The notes beneath the pieces were generated by a model, which did not search any database, had not been told where the DNA came from, and saw only the letters and a program-made list of their open reading frames with translations. A program made the translations under genes and the position numbers. A stretch of DNA of 64,000 bases, taken from contig CAWAXD010000014.1 of the NCBI GenBank assembly GCA_963785985.1, positions 1,167,923-1,231,922 on the forward strand. The letters are read 5' to 3'. Shown here piece by piece: positions 31,358-42,573 of the stretch (position 1 is its first letter; each line of letters starts with the position of its first letter). The stretch comes from an uncultured delta proteobacterium. Its GTDB lineage: Bacteria > Myxococcota_A > UBA9160 > SMWR01.

Positions 31358-32490
31358 ATGGACTTCAGCTTCGGCGAAGAGCACGTGCTGGTGCGCGACC
31401 TCGCGAGGGAGATCCTCGCGCGCGAGACGACGCCCGAACTGCTGAAGGCGCTCGAGGCGCAGGGCGCGGAGCATGCGCCGGCGCTGTGGTCGCAGCTCGC
31501 GGCGGCCAACCTGCTCGGCATCGCGGTGCCCGAGGCGTTCGGCGGCATGGGGCTCTCGCTGCTCGAGCTGTGCGCGCTGCTCGAGGAAACCGGACGCGCA
31601 GTGGCTCCCGTGCCGGTGCTGGCTTCGCTCGTGCTCGCCGGGCTTCCGCTCGCGCGCGCCGGCACGCCCGCGCAGCGCGAGCGTTTGCTCCCCGCGCTCG
31701 CGCGCGGCGAGCTGATCCTCACGGCGGCGCTGGTCGACGCCGGCTCCGCCGATCCGGCCGCGCCCGCCACGCGCGCGCGGCGCGAAGGCGCGCGCTTCCT
31801 GCTCGACGGCGAGAAGCGCAGCGTGCCCGCCGCGGGCGCCGCGCAGCTCGTGCTCGTGCCGGCGCTGACCGCGCACGGCCCGCGCATCTTCCTCGTCGAT
31901 CCGCGCGCTCCCGGCGTGCGCGTCGAGAAGCGGCTGCTCTCGGGCCGCCGCCCGGACTTCGACGCTGTTTCTCACGGCGGCGCCGGCGCAGGACGTGCTC
32001 GGCGGCGAGGACGCCGACGCGAGCGAGCTGCTGCGCTGGCTGCACGACGTCGCGCTCGTCGCGCTGGCGGCGACGCAGACTGGGCGTCTCCGAGCGCGCG
32101 CTCGAGATCACCGCCGATTACGTGAAGCAGCGCGTGCAGTTCGGCGCGCCGATCGGCTCCTTCCCGGCCGTGCAGCACCGCTGCGCCGACGCCTGGATCG
32201 ATCTCGAGGCGCTGCGCTGGACGACCTGGCGGGCGGCCTGGAAGCTCGCGAGCGGCGCGGACGCGCACCGCGAAGCGCTGGTCGCGAAGTTCTGGGCGGC
32301 CGAGGCGGGCTCGCGCATCGCGACGGCAACCCAGCATCTGCACGGCGGCATGGGCGTCGATCTCGATTATCCGATTCATCGGTACTTTCTCTGGTCGAAG
32401 GCGCTCGAGCTCGAGCAGGGCGGCGCGACGCCGCAGCTCGTGCAGCTCGGCCGCGATCTGGCCCGCAGCGGGCCCCAGGAGCGCGAGATG
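31358..32490 (+). pseudogene. acyl-CoA dehydrogenase family protein (second, ChsE-like subunit), at least 2 frame breaks as assembled
   Basis: MDFSFGEEHVLVRDLAREIL...LLGIAVPEAFGGMGLSLLELC (ORF 31358..), TLFLTAAPAQDVLGGEDADASELLRWLHD (frame of ORF 31995..), and VSERALEITADYVKQRVQFGAPIGSFPAVQHRCAD...HLHGGMGVDLDYPIHRYF (frame of ORF 31486..). Breaks are near 31961 and 32083. The 3' end is uncertain because, as assembled, the frame runs into the next gene. Confidence 0.75.
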
Positions 32491-32909
32491 ACGCAGCGCT
32501 CTCCCGCTCTCGCGGACGTCAAGCCGGGCGACGCATTGCCCGAGCTCGCGTGCCGCTCACCAGCAGCCTGATCGTGGCCGGCGCCGTCGCCTCGCGCGAC
32601 TTCACGCCCGTCCATCACGACAAGGCGCGCCGCCCAGGCCGCCGGCATGCAGGACGTGTTCATGAACATCCTGACCACCAACGGCTACGTCGGCCGCTTC
32701 GTCACCGACTGGGCCGGCCCCGACGCGACGATCCGCAAGCCTCGCGATCAAGCTCGGCGCGCCGAATCTGCCGGGCGACATGATGAAGATGACGCGGCAC
32801 GCGTGCAAGGTCGGACGCACGGCGGGCGGCGTCGACGGTCGAGGTCGTCGGCAAGAACGCCTGGGGCAATCACGTCGACCGGAAGGTCGCGCTGGCGCTG
32901 CCCCGCTAG
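32488..32909 (+). pseudogene. small MaoC-like (R)-hydratase hot-dog protein (ChsH1-like), about 4 frame breaks as assembled
   Basis: MTQRSPALADVKPGDALPEL / VPLTSSLIVAGAVASRDFTPVHHDKA / AAQAAGMQDVFMNILTTNGYVGRFVTDWAGPDATIRK / LAIKLGAPNLPGDMMKMT / VEVVGKNAWGNHVDRKVALALPR. Successive pieces change frame near 32549, 32626, 32740 and 32848. Confidence 0.6.
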
Positions 32910-32927
32910 GGCCAGCAGAGGCAACGC

Positions 32928-34110
32928 ATGGCGAGAACACTCAAGGACCAGGCCGCCATCGTCGGCATCGGGCAGACCGAGTTCTCGAAGAACTCCGGGC
33001 GCTCGGAGCTCCAGCTCGCGTGCGAGGCCGTGCGCGCGGCGATCGCGCGACGCGGGTCTGAAGCCCTCCGACGTCGACGGCATGACCACCTTCACGCTCG
33101 ACACCAGCGACGACATCGAGGTCGCGCGCTCGGTCGGCATCGGCGATCTGACCTTCTTCAGCCGCATCGCCGCACGGCGGCGGCGCGGCGCTCGGCATCG
33201 TCCATCAGGCGGCGATGGCGGTCGCGACGGGCGTCGCCGAGGTCGTCGTCTGCTACCGCGCGCTGAACGGTCGCTCGGGCCAGCGCTACAGCCAGGGCGT
33301 CGCGGGCGACATCGTCACGAGCGATCTGATCCACTGGAGCTGGTACATGCCCGTTCGGGCTGATGACGCCGGCTCGCTGGGTGGCGATGTTCACGCAGCG
33401 CTACATGCACGAGAACGGCGCCAAGAGCAGCGATCTCGCGCAGGTGGCGGTCTCGACGCGCAAGCACGCGGTCACGAACCCGAACGCGTTCTTCTACCAG
33501 CAAGCCGCTCACGCTCGAGGAGCACCAGACCTCGCGCATGATCGTCGAGCCGCTGCGCCTCTACGACTGCTGCCAGGAGACCGACGGCGGCTGCGCCGTG
33601 CATCGTCACCACGCCCGAGCGCGCGCGCGATCTGCGCGCAGCCCGGCGCGCTGATCCGCGGCGTCGCGCAGGCGGCCGGCGCCGACCAGGAAGTCGATGA
33701 CGAGCTTCTACCGCCCGAACATCGCCGCCATCCCGGAGATGGACCTCGTCGCGAAGCAGGTCTACGCGACAGTCGGGGCTCGGGCCCGACGGACATCGAC
33801 GCCGCCGTGATCTACGACGCCTTCACCTCGATCGTGCTGTGGCAGCTCGAGACCTTCGGGCTTCTGCGGGCGCGGCGAGGCCAAGGATTTCGTGAAGGAC
33901 GGCACGCTCGAGCTCGGCGGGCGGCTGCCCACCAACACCCACGGCGGCCAGCTCTCCGAGGCCTACATCCACGGCATGAACGGCGTGAACGAGGGCGTGC
34001 GGCTGATCCGCGGCACCTCGGTCAATCAGCCGGCGAAGAACGACCACGTGCTGGTGACGGCGGGCGTCGGCGTGCCGACGAGCGCCATGATCCTGGGCAA
34101 GCTCTCGTGA
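32928..34110 (+). pseudogene. thiolase-like lipid-transfer protein (Ltp/SCP-x type), about 9 frame breaks as assembled
   Basis: MARTLKDQAAIVGIGQTEFSKNSGRSELQLACEAVRAAIA, DAGLKPSDVDGMTTF, AMAVATGVAEVVVCYRALNGRSG, WVAMFTQRYMHENG, RLYDCCQETDGGCAV, DIDAAVIYDAFTSIVLWQLE, and LPTNTHGGQLSEAYIHGMNG...VTAGVGVPTSAMIL are spread over all three frames. Confidence 0.7.
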
Positions 34111-34155
34111 CACCACCGGGCGCCGCGCGCGGCGCCTGCAAGGAGAAGAGTCCAG

Positions 34156-35339
<1,184 letters not shown>

Positions 35340-35355
35340 GCCCAGGGAGGACGTG

Positions 35356-36278
35356 ATGCTCGGCAATCTCGAAGGCAAGGTCGCGATCGTCACGGGCGCC
35401 GCGCACGGGCTCGGCCGCGTCGAGGCGCTCGACGCTCGCGAGCCAGGGCGCGCGCGTCGTCGTCAACGATCTCGGGACGCGCGGCGACGGTCGCGGCCGC
35501 GACGAGATCGGCGGCGCGCGCGGTGGTGGAGGAGATCCGCAAGCAGGGCGGCGAGGCCGTGCCGCACTTCGGCGACGTCGCCGATTGGAACGATTCGCAA
35601 GCCATGATCAAGACCGCGCTCGATACCTGGGGCGATCTCCACATCCTCGTCAACAACGCGGGCTTCCTGCGCGATTCGACGATCTTCAACATGACCGAGG
35701 AAGACTTCGATGCCGTGATCCGCGTCCACTTGAAGGGCCACTTCTGCGGCATGCGCTTCGCGACCGCCTACTGGCGCGACAAGGCCAAGGCCTCGGGCGG
35801 GACGGTCTATGGACGCCTGATCAACACCAGCTCCGAGGCGTTCATCTTCGGCTCGGTGGGCCAGCCGAACTATGCGGCGGCGAAGGCGGGCATCGTGGCG
35901 ATGACGATGTCGGCCGCGCAGGCGCTGCTGAAGTACGGCGTCACGGCGAACGCGATCATGCCGCGCGCGCGCACCCGCATGAACGAGGGCGGCCCGCTGG
36001 CGGCGATGTTCGCGAAGCCCGCCGACGGCTTCGACGTGTTCGCACCCGAGAACGTCGCGCCGCTGGTCGGCTACCTGGCGTCGCCGGAGGCGCAGCGCAT
36101 CTCGGGCCACGTGCTGATCATCTGGAACAAGGACGTGACGGTGCTCGGGCGCCCCAGCACGAGCACGAAGTTCTCGAGCCCCGAGCGCTGGACCGTCGCG
36201 AGCCTGCACCAATCGCTGGCGCCGCACTTCGAGAAGCTCGAGCCGGTGAAGGACGGCTTCACGGTGCCGCCAGCCTGA
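35356..36278 (+). pseudogene. short-chain dehydrogenase/reductase (SDR), 2 frame breaks near the 5' end
   Basis: MLGNLEGKVAIVTGAAHGLGR (Rossmann TGxxxGxG), then TLASQGARVVVNDLG, then the intact ORF 35523..36278 (NNAGF...SSEAFIFGSVGQPNYAAAKAGIV). Breaks are near 35432 and 35503. Confidence 0.8.
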
Positions 36279-36297
36279 AACCGGAACAGGGGGACGC

Positions 36298-36801
36298 GTG
36301 GCGTATGCGAAGACCCTGATCTTCACCCTGCTCGTCCCCGGCACGGTCGTCGTGCTGGTGCCCCACTGGATCCGCGCCGCCTCCGGCGCTGCCCCGGCAG
36401 GTTCTTTCCTGCGCGCGCTCGCGCTGGTCCTGGCGCTCGCAGGCGCCGCCATCTATTCGTGGTGCGCGTTCGCCTTCGCCCGCGCCGCCGGCACGCCGGC
36501 CCCGATCGATCCGCCGAAAGAGCTGGTCGCGCACGGCCTCTATCGCCATTCGCGCAATCCGATGTACGTCGGCGTGCTCTCGCTGGTCGGCGCGCAGGCG
36601 CTCTACTTCGCCTCGCCCTGGCTCGCGCTCTACACGGTGGGGCTCTTCTGCGCCTTCCAGACCTTCATCATCCTCTACGAGGAGCCGACGCTCACGCTCA
36701 GCTTCGGGGACGCCTATCGACACTACGTTGCGATGGTGCCCCGCTGGCTTACCCGTCTGCGGCCGCTGCCCCGCAAAGCCGGCGGAGGCGCGAGCCGCTG
36801 A
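36298..36801 (+). CDS. isoprenylcysteine carboxyl methyltransferase (ICMT/PEMT-like) family membrane methyltransferase
   Basis: 167 aa, 4-5 TM, with LVAHGLYRHSRNPMYVGVL and EEPTLTLSFGDAYRHYVAMVPRW. Confidence 0.7.
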   Translation: MAYAKTLIFTLLVPGTVVVLVPHWIRAASGAAPAGSFLRALALVLALAGAAIYSWCAFAFARAAGTPAPIDPPKELVAHGLYRHSRNPMYVGVLSLVGAQALYFASPWLALYTVGLFCAFQTFIILYEEPTLTLSFGDAYRHYVAMVPRWLTRLRPLPRKAGGGASR

Positions 36802-36984
36802 GAAGCGGCAGACGCTTCACGCGAGCGCGAGCTAGCGCGGCCAGTTGCACGTTCCCGATGTCGGCGTTCGAAGCATCGCCGAGAAAGCCATCGCCAGGCG
36901 ACGCCGCATCGGGTAGATTGGGTGCTTCCCGGGAAGGTGGATCGAGGCGCGGAGCGTCGTGCCCGCGCGAGGAGATCGACCACC

Positions 36985-37659
36985 ATGCCCCATCCGATTC
37001 GCACCTCCACCGTCCTCTCGCTGGCGCTCGCCGGCGCGCTGCTCGTCGCTGCGGGGCCGTCCGCGGCGAAGTCGAAGCCCGATCCCGCTCCCGCTACCGA
37101 GTGGTTCCAATACGTCGCGAACTTCACCTGCGGCTCGAACGCGGGCCAAGCGCTGCGCGTCGTGCGCGGCGAGTACGCGACCGCGGTGAATCTCTACAAC
37201 CCGGGCGACGCCGAGACCGTGATCCACAAGCACATCGCCCTCGTCTACCCGCCCGCCGCGCAGGCGCCCGGCGCGGTCTCGGCTCCGGTCGAGGATCTGC
37301 TCCCGGCGGGTACCGCGCTCCAGGTCGACTGTGAGGAGATCGGCAGCGAGTTCCTCTTCCCGACTCCGCTGACGGTCACAGACCACCTCCAGGGCTTCCT
37401 CGTGATCGAGAGCAACCGCCCGCTGCACGTCGAGGCGGTCTACACCGCCGCCGGATCGGACGGCGCGGCCTCGATCGATGTCGAGCGCATCGCGGAGCAG
37501 CGCGTGATCCCGCGTCCGTTCGTGCCCCCGACGAGCGTGACGATCTGCCACTATCCGCCGGGCAATCCCGGCAACGCACACACGATCGTGGTCGACGCGG
37601 CTTCGGTGCCGGCGCACCAGGCCCACGGCGACACGCTCGGAGCCTGCCCGAATCCTTGA
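36985..37659 (+). CDS. secreted hypothetical protein with Cys/His-containing C-terminal motif
   Basis: Internal ATG of ORF 36922..37659, signal peptide MPHPIRTSTVLSLALAGALLVAAGPSAA, and C-terminus ICHYPPGNPGNAHTIVVDAASVPAHQAHGDTLGAC. Confidence 0.55.
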   Translation: MPHPIRTSTVLSLALAGALLVAAGPSAAKSKPDPAPATEWFQYVANFTCGSNAGQALRVVRGEYATAVNLYNPGDAETVIHKHIALVYPPAAQAPGAVSAPVEDLLPAGTALQVDCEEIGSEFLFPTPLTVTDHLQGFLVIESNRPLHVEAVYTAAGSDGAASIDVERIAEQRVIPRPFVPPTSVTICHYPPGNPGNAHTIVVDAASVPAHQAHGDTLGACPNP

Positions 37660-37665
37660 TCGGAA

Positions 37666-37699
37666 CGCGGCGGCGGCGGTCGAACCCGCCGCTGCCGCG
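37666..37699. terminator. GC-rich hairpin between convergent genes (possible bidirectional terminator)
   Basis: CGCGGCGGCGGCGG-tcgaac-CCGCCGCTGCCGCG, a 14-bp stem with one mismatch and no U-tract. Confidence 0.4.
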
Positions 37700-37721
37700 C
37701 GCCCTTGCGCGCCCGCGTCGG

Positions 37722-38075
37722 CTACTCGGCCAGCAGCGCGCCGACGAACGCCGCCGCGCAGCCCGCGAGCGTGATCACGAAGCCGGCGCCGCCGGCGAAG
37801 AACCAGCGCAGCACGGCGCGGCGCTCGTCGCCGCGCAGGCGCGCGTGCAGGCGCGTCGGCGAGAGCCACCAGCGCGGCGGCAGCTCGCCGCGCGCGGCGA
37901 GCACGCGCGCGAGCTTCACGTGGTAGACGAGGCTCGTCGGGATGCCGAGCGCGAGCCCCAGCACGACGCCGAGCACACCGACCTGGAGGACGGCCGTCCA
38001 CGAGAGCAGCGGCGCCAGCAGCCCGCCCGCGACGAGCAGCACCACCAGCGCGACGACGAGCCCTAGCTCCGGCAT
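37722..38075 (-). CDS. small hypothetical membrane protein (3 TM)
   Basis: MPELGLVVALVVLLVAGGLLAPLLSWTAVLQVGVLGVVLGLALGI...FFAGGAGFVITLAGCAAAFVGALLAE is the C-terminal part of the shadow-extended ORF 37722..39530. It overlaps the upstream gene end by 13 nt. Confidence 0.45.
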   Translation of the reverse strand: MPELGLVVALVVLLVAGGLLAPLLSWTAVLQVGVLGVVLGLALGIPTSLVYHVKLARVLAARGELPPRWWLSPTRLHARLRGDERRAVLRWFFAGGAGFVITLAGCAAAFVGALLAE

Positions 38076-39847
38076 GCGGCGTGGATCGGCCGGCGCCGGC
38101 GGCGGCTTGACCGCCGCGGGGCCGCGCCAGGCGCGCGCCCGGCGCCGGGCACGCGCAGCCCATGGTGCTCGAGCCGCAGCGAGAAGAAGCCGAGCCCCTC
38201 GTCCCCGATCACGCGGGCAGCGGGATCCGGCGGCCGGTTCAGGTCGCTCGTGACGAGCAGGACCTCCCCGACGCCGCGCTGCGCGAGACGCTCGAGCAGC
38301 ATGCGCGCGTTCTCGGGCGTCGCCACGTAGAAGAGCGATTTCTCGAAGAACGAACGCGCGAGCGTCTGCGGCACCCACCACTGATCGGTGACGACGACCG
38401 TCTCCGGGCGCTCGCGCACCGCTTGCTCGAGATGCTCTCCAAACACGAGCTTGCGTCGCAGCAGGTCGATCGAGAAGACCTGGAGCGCGAAACTGCCCGC
38501 CGCGAGCAGGCCGAGCAGGGCGGCGACCGCGCGGGCGGGAGCGGCGCCCCGCACGAGCGCGAGCAGCGCCGCCGCACAGGGCACGGCGAGCAGCGGATAC
38601 AGCTCGAGAAGATAGCGGTTGCCCCAGTGGATCCCGGTCGTGTTGCGAACCGGCGTGAGCGCGAAGTAGACGAGCGCGTAGCCGAGCACCAGCCGCAGCA
38701 GCCAGCCGACGACGCGATCGCAGGCCGAGGGCGCGCCGTCGGGACGGCGGCGAACGAGGCCCACGACGAGCAGCGGCGCGGCGGCGAAGAAGCCGTTGCT
38801 CGCGTAGAGCCGCTCGATGGGACTCCCCGCCGTCGCGTAGCCGATGGCCGTGACGAGCACCCCGGCGAGCGCCCAGGCCGCCGCGGCGAGCGCAACGGCG
38901 CGCTGCGCGCGCTCGGAAAGCCGCGGCTGCGCGAGCAAGAGGAACGCGAAGGGAGCGCTGAGCAGCGCCGAGAGCGCCGGGCCGTCGGCCGCCGCGAGAA
39001 ACAGATTGTGGAACACGAGGGGCCGCGTGCGCAGATGGAATCCGAGTCCCGCCTCCTCGCCGGCACGCGCGGCGAAGCCGTGCGTGAGGTGGAAGCCGAG
39101 CGGGTCCCCGAGCGCCAGCCACTGGAAGAGCGCGAGCGGCATCAGGCCCGCCGCGAGCCCGGCGGCGAAGACCCCGCCCGTGCGCAGCCGCTCCCGTGGC
39201 GTTGCGAAGAAGACGAGCACGCCGAGCACGGCTGCGAAGAGCAGCAGCGAGTCGCGCAAGCTGGCGGCGAGCGCGATCGCGAGCCCCGAGAGCCAGAGCT
39301 GCCGCCGCGAGCCGTGCATCAGGAAGCCGAACGCAAGCGCCACCGAGCCCACACACAGGCTCGCCGCGACGGCGTGCTCCCAGAAGACGACGGCGTAGAA
39401 CCACAGCGGCGTCGCGAGTCCCGCGATCCAGATCGCGAGCGCGCAGCCCCGCGCCGGCAGCTCGGCAAGCTGCGCGATCCTTCCGACGCCAGCGAGCAGC
39501 GCCAGCGAGGCGAGCAGCGGCAGCAGGCACAGCCCGGCGTCGCCGAGCACGCGGAACGGCAGCACGCTGAGAGCGGGGAAGACCGGCGAGAAGACGGAAA
39601 AGAGACGGCCCTCGCGCACGACCGAGAACGCGCCGGGCAGCGGGTTGAAGACGAAGTCCGGATCGAGATCCCTGCCGGGCCAGGCCAGCGAGAAGTCGCG
39701 AAAGCCGCTCGCGAGCAGCGCTTCCACCTGGATCCGTTTGTTGCCGTTGTCGACGATCCAGAGCCCGCCAGGCGGCAGCATCGCGAGCGTCGCGGCGTAC
39801 GCGATCGCAACGATGGCAAGCGGTCCTGCGAGTCGGGGCTGGCGCAC
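38063..39847 (-). CDS. large polytopic membrane protein, putative GT-C (ArnT/PMT-like) glycosyltransferase
   Basis: 594 aa with about 12 hydrophobic helices followed by a soluble ~130-aa C-terminal domain. The family call rests on architecture only. Confidence 0.5.
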   Translation of the reverse strand: MRQPRLAGPLAIVAIAYAATLAMLPPGGLWIVDNGNKRIQVEALLASGFRDFSLAWPGRDLDPDFVFNPLPGAFSVVREGRLFSVFSPVFPALSVLPFRVLGDAGLCLLPLLASLALLAGVGRIAQLAELPARGCALAIWIAGLATPLWFYAVVFWEHAVAASLCVGSVALAFGFLMHGSRRQLWLSGLAIALAASLRDSLLLFAAVLGVLVFFATPRERLRTGGVFAAGLAAGLMPLALFQWLALGDPLGFHLTHGFAARAGEEAGLGFHLRTRPLVFHNLFLAAADGPALSALLSAPFAFLLLAQPRLSERAQRAVALAAAAWALAGVLVTAIGYATAGSPIERLYASNGFFAAAPLLVVGLVRRRPDGAPSACDRVVGWLLRLVLGYALVYFALTPVRNTTGIHWGNRYLLELYPLLAVPCAAALLALVRGAAPARAVAALLGLLAAGSFALQVFSIDLLRRKLVFGEHLEQAVRERPETVVVTDQWWVPQTLARSFFEKSLFYVATPENARMLLERLAQRGVGEVLLVTSDLNRPPDPAARVIGDEGLGFFSLRLEHHGLRVPGAGRAPGAAPRRSSRRRRRPIHAACRS

Positions 39848-40030
39848 TGGGCTCGCGTCCTCGCAGCGGGCAGGGGCGGACGCATGCTACAGCGCAGCGC
39901 CAGCGGGCGGAACCTCGCGCGGCGGCTCCGTTGCGCGCCCGGCTCGGCTCGCCGGGCCATCTGCACGCGAGAGGGCGTAGGCTACCCTGCCCGGCAGCCG
40001 CCGAGCGTGCGCCGAGTCGGAGAATCCCGC

Positions 40031-41539
40031 ATGGACGCCAAGCTTCTCGACGCGGCGCGCACCGCCTTCCCCGCAGATGCGAAGGGGCTGACGCTCGGCG
40101 CGCCGCTACACCGGGGCGAGTGTCACCCCGAGCCGCTCGTTTCGATTCCGCTCGCGATGCTGAACCGCCACGGCCTGATCGCCGGCGCGACGGGCACGGG
40201 CAAGACCAAGACGCTCCAGCTGATGGCCGAGCAGCTCTGCGCCGCGGGCGTCCCGGTGTTTCTCGCCGACGTGAAGGGCGATCTCGCGGGCCTCGCGGTG
40301 GCGGGCGAAGCGAACGAACGCGTGAGCGCGCGCGCCCGGGAAACCGGCTTCGCGTGGCACGCGGCGCCCTGCCCCGTCGAGTTCCTGAGCCTGACCGGAA
40401 AGCTCGGCGCCCAGCTGCGCGCGACGGTGTCTTCCTTCGGCCCGCTGCTGCTCGCGAAGGTGCTGGGCTTGAACGAGACGCAGACCAGCGTGCTCGCGAT
40501 GGTCTTCAAGTGGAGCGACGACCGCGGCCTCGAGCTGCTCGACTTTGCGGATCTGCGCGCCGTGCTCGTGCACCTTTCGGGCGAAGGCGCGAGCGAGCTC
40601 GCCGGCTACGGCGGCATGTCGAAGGCCACGGTGGGCGTGCTGTTGCGCGAGCTCGTGGAGCTCGAGCAGCAGGGCGCGCTCGCTTTCTTTGGCGAGCCCG
40701 AGTTCGACCTCGACGATCTGCTCCAGGTGGAGCGCGACGGCCGCGGCCTCGTCTCCGTGCTCGAGCTCTCCGACGTGCAGGACAAGCCGGCGCTGTTCTC
40801 CACCTTCATGATGTGGATGCTCGCGCGCCTCTACGCGACGTTGCCGGAGGTCGGCGATCTCGAGCAGCCCAAGCTCGTCTTCTTCTTCGACGAAGCCCAC
40901 CGGCTGTTCGAGGGCGCGAGCGCCGCGTTTGCCGAGCAGATCGAGCAGGTGGTGCGGCTCGTGCGCTCGAAGGGCGTCGGGATCTTCTTCGTGACGCAGA
41001 GCCCGAAGGACATTCCGGCGGACGTGCTCGGGCAGCTCGGCAATCGCGTCCAGCACGCGCTGCACGCGTTCACCCCCGACGACGAGAAGGCGCTGCGCGC
41101 GGCGGCTCGCACCTTCCCCCGCAGCGAGTTCTACGACGTGGCCGAGACGCTCACGACGCTCGGGATCGGCGAGGCGCTGGTGAGCGTGCTGCGCAGCAAC
41201 GGAGCGCCCACGCCGCCGTTCGCCACGAAGCTGATCCCCCCCGCATCGCGCATGGGTCCGCTCTCCGCAGCCGAGCTGGCAACCAGGCTCGCGACACCGC
41301 AGGTGCGCCGTTACGCCGAAGCGGTGGATCGCGAGAGCGCGGAAGAGAAGCTCGCGCGACGCGAAGCGGACGCAGCGCCGGCGCCGCAGGCGCCCGCGCG
41401 CGGCGCGCGCAGCGTCACGGAGGCGTCGACGTTCTCGCAGATCCTGAAATCGCCGCTGGCGCGCACGGTCGCCGGCGCCGTCACGCGCAGTCTGATGGGC
41501 GCGATCCTCGGGCCGACGCGTCGCCGACCGCGCTACTAA
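40031..41539 (+). CDS. HerA-like helicase domain protein (DUF853/YjgR family ATPase)
   Basis: Walker A LIAGATGTGKTKTLQLM, Walker B KLVFFFDEAHRLF, and GVGIFFVTQSPKDIP. Only the last 502 codons of ORF 38162..41539 are protein-like. Confidence 0.8.
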   Translation: MDAKLLDAARTAFPADAKGLTLGAPLHRGECHPEPLVSIPLAMLNRHGLIAGATGTGKTKTLQLMAEQLCAAGVPVFLADVKGDLAGLAVAGEANERVSARARETGFAWHAAPCPVEFLSLTGKLGAQLRATVSSFGPLLLAKVLGLNETQTSVLAMVFKWSDDRGLELLDFADLRAVLVHLSGEGASELAGYGGMSKATVGVLLRELVELEQQGALAFFGEPEFDLDDLLQVERDGRGLVSVLELSDVQDKPALFSTFMMWMLARLYATLPEVGDLEQPKLVFFFDEAHRLFEGASAAFAEQIEQVVRLVRSKGVGIFFVTQSPKDIPADVLGQLGNRVQHALHAFTPDDEKALRAAARTFPRSEFYDVAETLTTLGIGEALVSVLRSNGAPTPPFATKLIPPASRMGPLSAAELATRLATPQVRRYAEAVDRESAEEKLARREADAAPAPQAPARGARSVTEASTFSQILKSPLARTVAGAVTRSLMGAILGPTRRRPRY

Positions 41540-41764
41540 ACGCCTTCCGCCAGCGAGCGAGCGCGGCCTGCTCGACGATGAGCGCGGCCGCCGATGCCCG
41601 TACGTCGTAGGGGCAACCCCCCAAACGACGTGAGGCGCGTCGTCGCGCTTTACACGTCGGGCGGTTGGTGCACAATGCGAGCCGCGAGCGACCGGAATGC
41701 AGCGCCGCACGGCGAGTGGCTCGAGCGGTCCCGACACCAACTCATGTAAATGGGAGAACCCGAA

Positions 41765-42469
41765 ATGTCATTGGCTCAACGGTCCACGGCGGAATTCGTC
41801 GGCACGTTCTGGCTCGTCCTCGGCGGCTGCGGCAGCGCGGTGATCTCCGCCGCCTTTCCGGGCGTCGGCATCGGCCTGCTCGGCGTCGCCTTCGCCTTCG
41901 GGCTCACGGTGCTCACGATGGCCTATGCGATCGGCCACATCTCGGGTTGCCATCTGAATCCGGCGGTGTCGGTCGGTCTGGTCGCGGGTGGGCGCTTCCC
42001 GAGCTCCGAGCTGATTCCGTACGTCGTGGCGCAGGTGCTCGGCGGCATCGCCGGCGCGGGCGTGCTCTACCTGATCGCGAGCGGCCATCCGGGCTTCGAC
42101 ATCGCCGGCGGGCTCGCGTCGAACGGCTACGGCGAGCACTCGCCCGGCGGCTACTCGCTGGGCGCGGGCTTCGTCACCGAGGTCGTCCTCACGTTCATGT
42201 TCCTCGTGATCATTCTCGGCGCGACGGACCGCCGCGCGCCGGCGGGCTTCGCCGGCATCGCCATCGGTCTCGGACTCACGCTGATCCATCTGGTCGGGAT
42301 CCCGGTCACGAACCTCTCGGTGAACCCGGCGCGCAGCACCGGCCCCGCCGTCTTCGTCGGCGGCTGGGCGATCGCGCAGCTCTGGCTCTTCTGGGTTGCG
42401 CCGATCATCGGCGCGGCGCTCGCCGGCGGGTTCTACAGCTTTCTGGGAGGCGGTTCCGACGAGGAGTAG
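41765..42469 (+). CDS. aqpZ: aquaporin Z
   Basis: [18 protein letters not shown], two NPA boxes ([14 protein letters not shown]), and [15 protein letters not shown]. Confidence 0.9.
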   Translation: MSLAQRSTAEFVGTFWLVLGGCGSAVISAAFPGVGIGLLGVAFAFGLTVLTMAYAIGHISGCHLNPAVSVGLVAGGRFPSSELIPYVVAQVLGGIAGAGVLYLIASGHPGFDIAGGLASNGYGEHSPGGYSLGAGFVTEVVLTFMFLVIILGATDRRAPAGFAGIAIGLGLTLIHLVGIPVTNLSVNPARSTGPAVFVGGWAIAQLWLFWVAPIIGAALAGGFYSFLGGGSDEE

Positions 42470-42573
42470 CCGGGTCGGCGCGCCCGGGGCGGCGCCCGCG
42501 CCCGGCCAGCGCCCCGAGGCGCTCACCTGCGGACGAAGTTGACGAAAGCGGGCCGCCGGGCTCAAGATGGCCC

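Noticed and set aside
41540-41764. A hairpin ACGTCGT-aggggcaaccccccaa-ACGACGT (with inner GGGG-caa-CCCC) after the HerA-like gene, considered as a terminator or riboswitch upstream of aqpZ.
   Set aside because: The stem is short (7 bp) with no U-tract and no similarity to a riboswitch class I know. It is too weak to annotate.
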